A DNA stretch of 64,000 nt from a virus (taxonomy: Duplodnaviria > Caudoviricetes), in the IMG/VR virus record IMGVR_UViG_3300021400_000046, positions 32,001-96,000 of that record. One strand, given 5' to 3'. The notes beneath the pieces are model-generated. The model ran no database searches. It had not been told where the DNA came from and saw only the letters and a list, made by a program, of their open reading frames with translations. The translations under genes and the position numbers were made by a program. This document shows positions 59,762 through 64,000 of the stretch, piece after piece (position 1 is the stretch's first letter; each line of letters starts with the position of its first letter).

Positions 59762-60751
59762 TCAATGTGCCTGTTCATCTGCAAAATGAAGAAGCATAAT
59801 ATCATTCATCATATCTTCACCGAGCAAAGCAACATCTCGTTTCTTTGCCTTTTCAGATTGTTTCCATTCCATATATGGAGCCATGTGATAATAGATAAGG
59901 TTTATTACTCTAACCATATCTTTATAAGCTCCGATCTGGTTTATGTAAAACATTGCATTATAAGCGCCTACATTTTGATGATTGTAGTAATGGTAATCTC
60001 CATCAAATTCACGCTTTGAATTTAGCCGCGTTTTCGTGTACAGTTTGCCATTATCATGTAATAATGCTGCCAGTTGCAAAGCATAATCATCTGGCCTTTG
60101 TTTCTTCACATACTCATAGGCTGCAATGCTATGCCCACCAAGAGTAAGAGTATGATGCTTGTTATCCTGGCTAAAACCATTTGCTTTTTTCAAATACGAT
60201 TGGAGATCAAATTCTTTTTGTGGTGTATGAGTAATGTTTTTATTCTCGTCAAGATATGAGAACACAAATTGAATATAGTCAAAGCCCTCGTTGAAATCAG
60301 GCGGTGCAAAGCTCATTTGCATACGTTTGATAACGTCTACAGGAACCTTACGCTCTCTTTGATTGTTATTGTGCAAACAAGCGTCAAAAGTTGTTGCAAA
60401 ACAAATACAGTATTTCTCGCAATTAATATTCTTTAATTCTGAAATGAACTGTATACGGGTTTTCTTTTTTAAGCAAGTTGCATCATAAACAACATCTTTA
60501 CCAGAAGAAAGATCACGTTTAATTCTTGCATGAAGTTCATTAAACAGTTTGCCATTATCGCCTTGGATTGCCTCGTCTCCATACAATTCTTTTCGTAGAG
60601 CATCGGACGAATGAATAACAGGTCGAGTTGTTCTTCCGTCTGGATTGGTAATCTCAATGTTCTTTGCGTATGTACTCTTTCCACTACCAGGCAAACCAAT
60701 AGTCATAATCAAAATTGGGTTGTCATGGTATTTATTGATAATATCACTCAT
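59762..60751 (-). CDS. Polynucleotide kinase (AAA_33) fused to an HD phosphoesterase
   Basis: GLPGSGKST, SSDALR, YDAT motifs; HH...LLHDNGK...H HD motifs. Confidence 0.85.
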   Translation of the reverse strand: MSDIINKYHDNPILIMTIGLPGSGKSTYAKNIEITNPDGRTTRPVIHSSDALRKELYGDEAIQGDNGKLFNELHARIKRDLSSGKDVVYDATCLKKKTRIQFISELKNINCEKYCICFATTFDACLHNNNQRERKVPVDVIKRMQMSFAPPDFNEGFDYIQFVFSYLDENKNITHTPQKEFDLQSYLKKANGFSQDNKHHTLTLGGHSIAAYEYVKKQRPDDYALQLAALLHDNGKLYTKTRLNSKREFDGDYHYYNHQNVGAYNAMFYINQIGAYKDMVRVINLIYYHMAPYMEWKQSEKAKKRDVALLGEDMMNDIMLLHFADEQAH

Positions 60752-61059
60752 TCTTCATCTTTCTTTGCACTTATGGGATTAATTTCTTCTTCTGTAACTT
60801 CACCGTTATTCTTTTCCTGTGGTGCTTGTTCTTGCTTTTCATCTTTGATAACAAGTTTACCGTTTTGTAGATTTCTACCGCAATACTTCTTCGCAGATTC
60901 AAGACGTTTCATAAGTGGAAGCGAACTGTCTGTAAGCAAATCATAAATAACTTTACTAACAGACTGTGCGCCAACAGACAACCCACGGTAAAATTGCTTT
61001 TTCATTGCGTCACGCAACACTTCATCAAATTTGTTTTCTTGTTCTTTAGTAAGTGCCAT
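60748..61059 (-). CDS. Hypothetical protein
   Basis: AGGAGAG RBS; coupled to the pnk gene. Confidence 0.65.
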   Translation of the reverse strand: MALTKEQENKFDEVLRDAMKKQFYRGLSVGAQSVSKVIYDLLTDSSLPLMKRLESAKKYCGRNLQNGKLVIKDEKQEQAPQEKNNGEVTEEEINPISAKKDEE

Positions 61060-61069
61060 TTTTCTCTCC

Positions 61070-62245
61070 TTAACCGTTGTGCTTCAAAAGATATTCTCTT
61101 GAAACATTTTTGAAACTAAAGTCATTTGTCGGATCACGAAGTACAACACCTTCGCGCATTACATTAGGATTGACAACAGACTTCGCCGTTGCATATTCCT
61201 TAAATTCCTCCATATCATTCGGCACATGATAATCAACATCGAGAATTGGAACAAATTTCATACCAAAACCAACAATAATCTTCTCTGCATCTACCGATGA
61301 TAAACGCCCTTTATCAGAACGAATGAAGTTAAACACATATAGATCATCTTCTTTTAGTTTTAGAGGATTACCTTGAACGCTACCTACGGACTCCCCCTGA
61401 ATACACACATATTTCAGCTCTGGATTATCAAGTAAATATTGCTTCAACTTTGCCTCAATGTTGTATTTAAGTGCCATTTCCCAATAAATGTTCTTGTCGT
61501 GATAACACTTTTGGTCAATGGATTTCTGCCGGACGTTCCTGGAAAGAACATAGAACTCAAACTTCTTTCTCCCTTTGCGTTCCATGATATATGTAGATGA
61601 AGTTCCATCCAGCTTTTCAGTAACAATCAGAGGTCTTTCATAACCAAGTACCCACGGAATATTTTCGCAGCGTTCCTCGTCTGTCTTATGTACAAATGGA
61701 AAATGAGTAGGAAATGCAAGAGGCTTATCTTTCTTCTTACCAAAGAAAAAGAACATGATCTTTCTGCCGATTTTTGTTCTCATAATCTTGCGCACAATCG
61801 GCTTTCTGAAAATCTTTTGGTGACGAGCTGCCATTGCCTTATACTTATCATTTGGGTTTGCTGTATTTGACTTTCGCACATTATCTTCTGCAACAGCATA
61901 AGTCACTTTCAGCAGATCAGTAACATCGCTACCAACTTCTAACCCGTCCAATTCAGGGAACATGGAAACTGGTAGGAGCAGCCCTTGTGAGTAGACCTTG
62001 CACATCTTCTGTGTTTTGATCTTGTAATGTTTTGCTTGAAGGAATGCAAATCTTTCATCAGTCTCAGGCACTTTGCTATCAACCTCGAAATACACAGCCT
62101 TTTCGCCAACCTTCAACTCACCAAGTCGAATAACACACCACCAACCGTTAGTTCGTGCGTGTTCAACTCTGTCATAGTTTGGGATAGGCCGGACTTCATC
62201 AACGGTTACGATATAAGCCAACGCTCTTTTATCGTTTATAATCAT
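61070..62245 (-). CDS. ATP-dependent RNA ligase (DRB0094/Rnl2-like)
   Basis: N-terminal OB-like domain (YFEVDS, SQGL); KTDEER, TEKLDGTS, QGE, EGVV and SFK motifs. Confidence 0.88.
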   Translation of the reverse strand: MIINDKRALAYIVTVDEVRPIPNYDRVEHARTNGWWCVIRLGELKVGEKAVYFEVDSKVPETDERFAFLQAKHYKIKTQKMCKVYSQGLLLPVSMFPELDGLEVGSDVTDLLKVTYAVAEDNVRKSNTANPNDKYKAMAARHQKIFRKPIVRKIMRTKIGRKIMFFFFGKKKDKPLAFPTHFPFVHKTDEERCENIPWVLGYERPLIVTEKLDGTSSTYIMERKGRKKFEFYVLSRNVRQKSIDQKCYHDKNIYWEMALKYNIEAKLKQYLLDNPELKYVCIQGESVGSVQGNPLKLKEDDLYVFNFIRSDKGRLSSVDAEKIIVGFGMKFVPILDVDYHVPNDMEEFKEYATAKSVVNPNVMREGVVLRDPTNDFSFKNVSREYLLKHNG

Positions 62246-62456
62246 TTGATTTCCTCACAGTCTTATTTTTCTTTTTATTATTTGCTTTCTTTCTTGCCAT
62301 CCTTGTTTTCATAACTATTTCTTGCGGAGTAAAAATTAGCGGAATTGGTTTTGTTTCTGAATAGCACTTCGGGCAACGATATAACTTATATGACTTTTTA
62401 TTCGGCTCAAATCTCATAACTGATCGCATAAGCGTGTTGCAATGCTTACAAAACAT
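62229..62456 (-). CDS. Zinc-ribbon protein
   Basis: CKHC...CPKC. Confidence 0.6.
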   Translation of the reverse strand: MFCKHCNTLMRSVMRFEPNKKSYKLYRCPKCYSETKPIPLIFTPQEIVMKTRMARKKANNKKKNKTVRKSNDYKR

Positions 62457-62458
62457 TT

Positions 62459-63031
62459 TTATCCCTCCTGTACAGGCATTTCATTTCCCCAAACATCGAA
62501 ACCTGGATGCTCATAACGGGCATATAATTCAAGTTTTTTCAAGTTTGGATAAAGGCGATTGATAATTTCGTATGAAAGCTCTGGCTTTTGGCTATGCCGC
62601 CTAACTTGTTCTGTAAAAACAGTATGTATTTTACCGCGTTCATCTGGTGCAACTGGAATAAGTTTACCTTTGTACATATAAAGCAGATACTCATGCCCAA
62701 ATCTAACCGTGAATGCTGCTGGAATACCAGTGACTTTATTCCAGACCATCCTTGCATGAAGTTTATAACCCAATTCTTCGGCTATTTGTTGTGCTTCAAA
62801 TAGGTATTTATCAATAGTCCAAAGAAACAAAATTGAGTTCTCCCCCGGAGCAAGGCTTGTAGCTTGCCGCAAATGATCTTTGATTTCTTCAAGTGAACAC
62901 ACCGGGTAATCAAGCTCTGTGCCACTGCTTTGTGGTCTAACACTTTTCTTCCCGCCTTTTGCTTGCCTCCAAGGTGGATCGGCAAGAATTAGATCATATT
63001 GCCTATCTGTTTTCCAAATATCAACTCGCAT
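62459..63031 (-). CDS. MT-A70 family adenine methyltransferase
   Basis: ADPPW, LFLW, WNK, HEYLL, HSQKP, LELYAR and WGNE motifs. Confidence 0.9.
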   Translation of the reverse strand: MRVDIWKTDRQYDLILADPPWRQAKGGKKSVRPQSSGTELDYPVCSLEEIKDHLRQATSLAPGENSILFLWTIDKYLFEAQQIAEELGYKLHARMVWNKVTGIPAAFTVRFGHEYLLYMYKGKLIPVAPDERGKIHTVFTEQVRRHSQKPELSYEIINRLYPNLKKLELYARYEHPGFDVWGNEMPVQEG

Positions 63032-63266
63032 GGTTTACTCCTGTGAATAGTTGAATTGCTGTGTAAATCAAAAACACAATTATTAAGATAAATATAGAGC
63101 AAAGTGAAAAGAACGAAACCGCAGCAAGTATATTTGACACTTTCTCATTCTTATTTTTGTTTCCTTTCGCTCTGTCTGAGAAATATCCGCAAAAGAAGAA
63201 TGAAACAATGGTCATTAACGCCAATGCAATGAAAATCGCTAATGAAATATCAAATACTCTACTCAT
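63021..63266 (-). CDS. Small two-TM membrane protein
   Basis: Two hydrophobic helices; overlaps both neighbours. Confidence 0.6.
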   Translation of the reverse strand: MSRVFDISLAIFIALALMTIVSFFFCGYFSDRAKGNKNKNEKVSNILAAVSFFSLCSIFILIIVFLIYTAIQLFTGVNHAS

Positions 63267-63958
63267 TGTAATGCAATCCTTTTAACTGTGTTATATACTT
63301 CTTCCCATGAATTAACACGAATCATGTCATTTAATTCTGCATTATAACTTTTATTGTGTGGTGCAGACATTAAAATTTTGTGATAATCGCCGCCTTCTAA
63401 ATTATGAGTCCCATCATCAATCAAGAAATCAGCTTTAATCATTTGCTTATTATGTGCTACAATAATTTTTCGCCAATCAATAAACGGGAAGTATCTCTTA
63501 ATAATAGCTTCATATTTTGGTTTTACATTTCTGTAATCTGTAGAAGTGCAAAGATAAACATTAAAACCATCATTCACCATCATTTCCAAATACTTGATCG
63601 CCCCCGGTATCGGCTCAATCGTGTACCAGAAATCATCATCATGCAGCGGTTCATAAACCTGTTCTTTTGTTAGAGAAGGAAAGAATTTAGATACATCCCA
63701 ATCTGTAATATCCTCATGCTTGACGAATGTGCCATATCGTTCATTAAGCCATCTACACCAAGCACCGCACAAATCTTCAATCGTATCATCAATATCAACC
63801 AAGACGGTAAAATCTTCTGGTTTCTTACCATCGTTATCAATCCACTTTCCCATATCAAGATAACCTTGCACATATGAAGTAGCCACAGTATAAATTCTTT
63901 GCCCGCAGCAATTACATATTCCATATATCTTTTCGCCGTCATATTCATAGTGGAACAT
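63263..63958 (-). CDS. 5'(3')-deoxyribonucleotidase (NT5C, HAD fold)
   Basis: VDIDDTI, LIDD and APHN motifs; short Cys-containing N-terminal extension. Confidence 0.85.
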   Translation of the reverse strand: MFHYEYDGEKIYGICNCCGQRIYTVATSYVQGYLDMGKWIDNDGKKPEDFTVLVDIDDTIEDLCGAWCRWLNERYGTFVKHEDITDWDVSKFFPSLTKEQVYEPLHDDDFWYTIEPIPGAIKYLEMMVNDGFNVYLCTSTDYRNVKPKYEAIIKRYFPFIDWRKIIVAHNKQMIKADFLIDDGTHNLEGGDYHKILMSAPHNKSYNAELNDMIRVNSWEEVYNTVKRIALQ

Positions 63959-64000
63959 ATTAGAGCCGCATTCACACGGGTTCTTCTGACCTTCAATAAA

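Larger units (their letters stand above)
1..64000. mobile_element. Large temperate siphophage genome segment (SPbeta-like organisation), apparently in excised/attP form
   Basis: Contiguous capsid-tail-lysis genes on + and replication/nucleotide genes on -, converging at integrase plus tRNA fragment; no host housekeeping block. Confidence 0.95.

Overview
About 64 kb from the middle of a large, AT-rich temperate siphophage with an SPbeta-like layout; the host is probably an anaerobic Clostridia (inferred). The + strand (1-38.4 kb) is the late module: major capsid (5'-truncated), connectors, tail tube, RecU, a second tyrosine recombinase, a 2504-aa tape measure, Dit/Tal, lysis genes and a ~2660-aa multidomain adhesin. 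A complete diversity-generating retroelement follows: VR 34417-34545, avd, TR 35538-35666 and RT, with all 12 VR/TR mismatches at TR adenines. The two arms converge on an intact attP (3' half of tRNA-Tyr plus arm repeats) next to the integrase. The - strand (38.9-64 kb) encodes replication (DnaE, DnaG, DnaB, SSB, Sak), nucleotide metabolism (NrdDG with NrdH- and FTR-like partners, ThyX, Gmk, dUTPase), RNA repair and an MT-A70 methylase. Most notable: a eukaryote-like WGR-PARP (split by a 1-nt frameshift) in one operon with a TARG1-type macrodomain eraser; an Avd built from two tandem Avd domains; tandem NrdR-like boxes in front of the DGR target; a CotH-kinase-like domain within the hypervariable adhesin; and an apparent ATA start codon on gmk. 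All family calls come from motif recognition by eye, not database searches.
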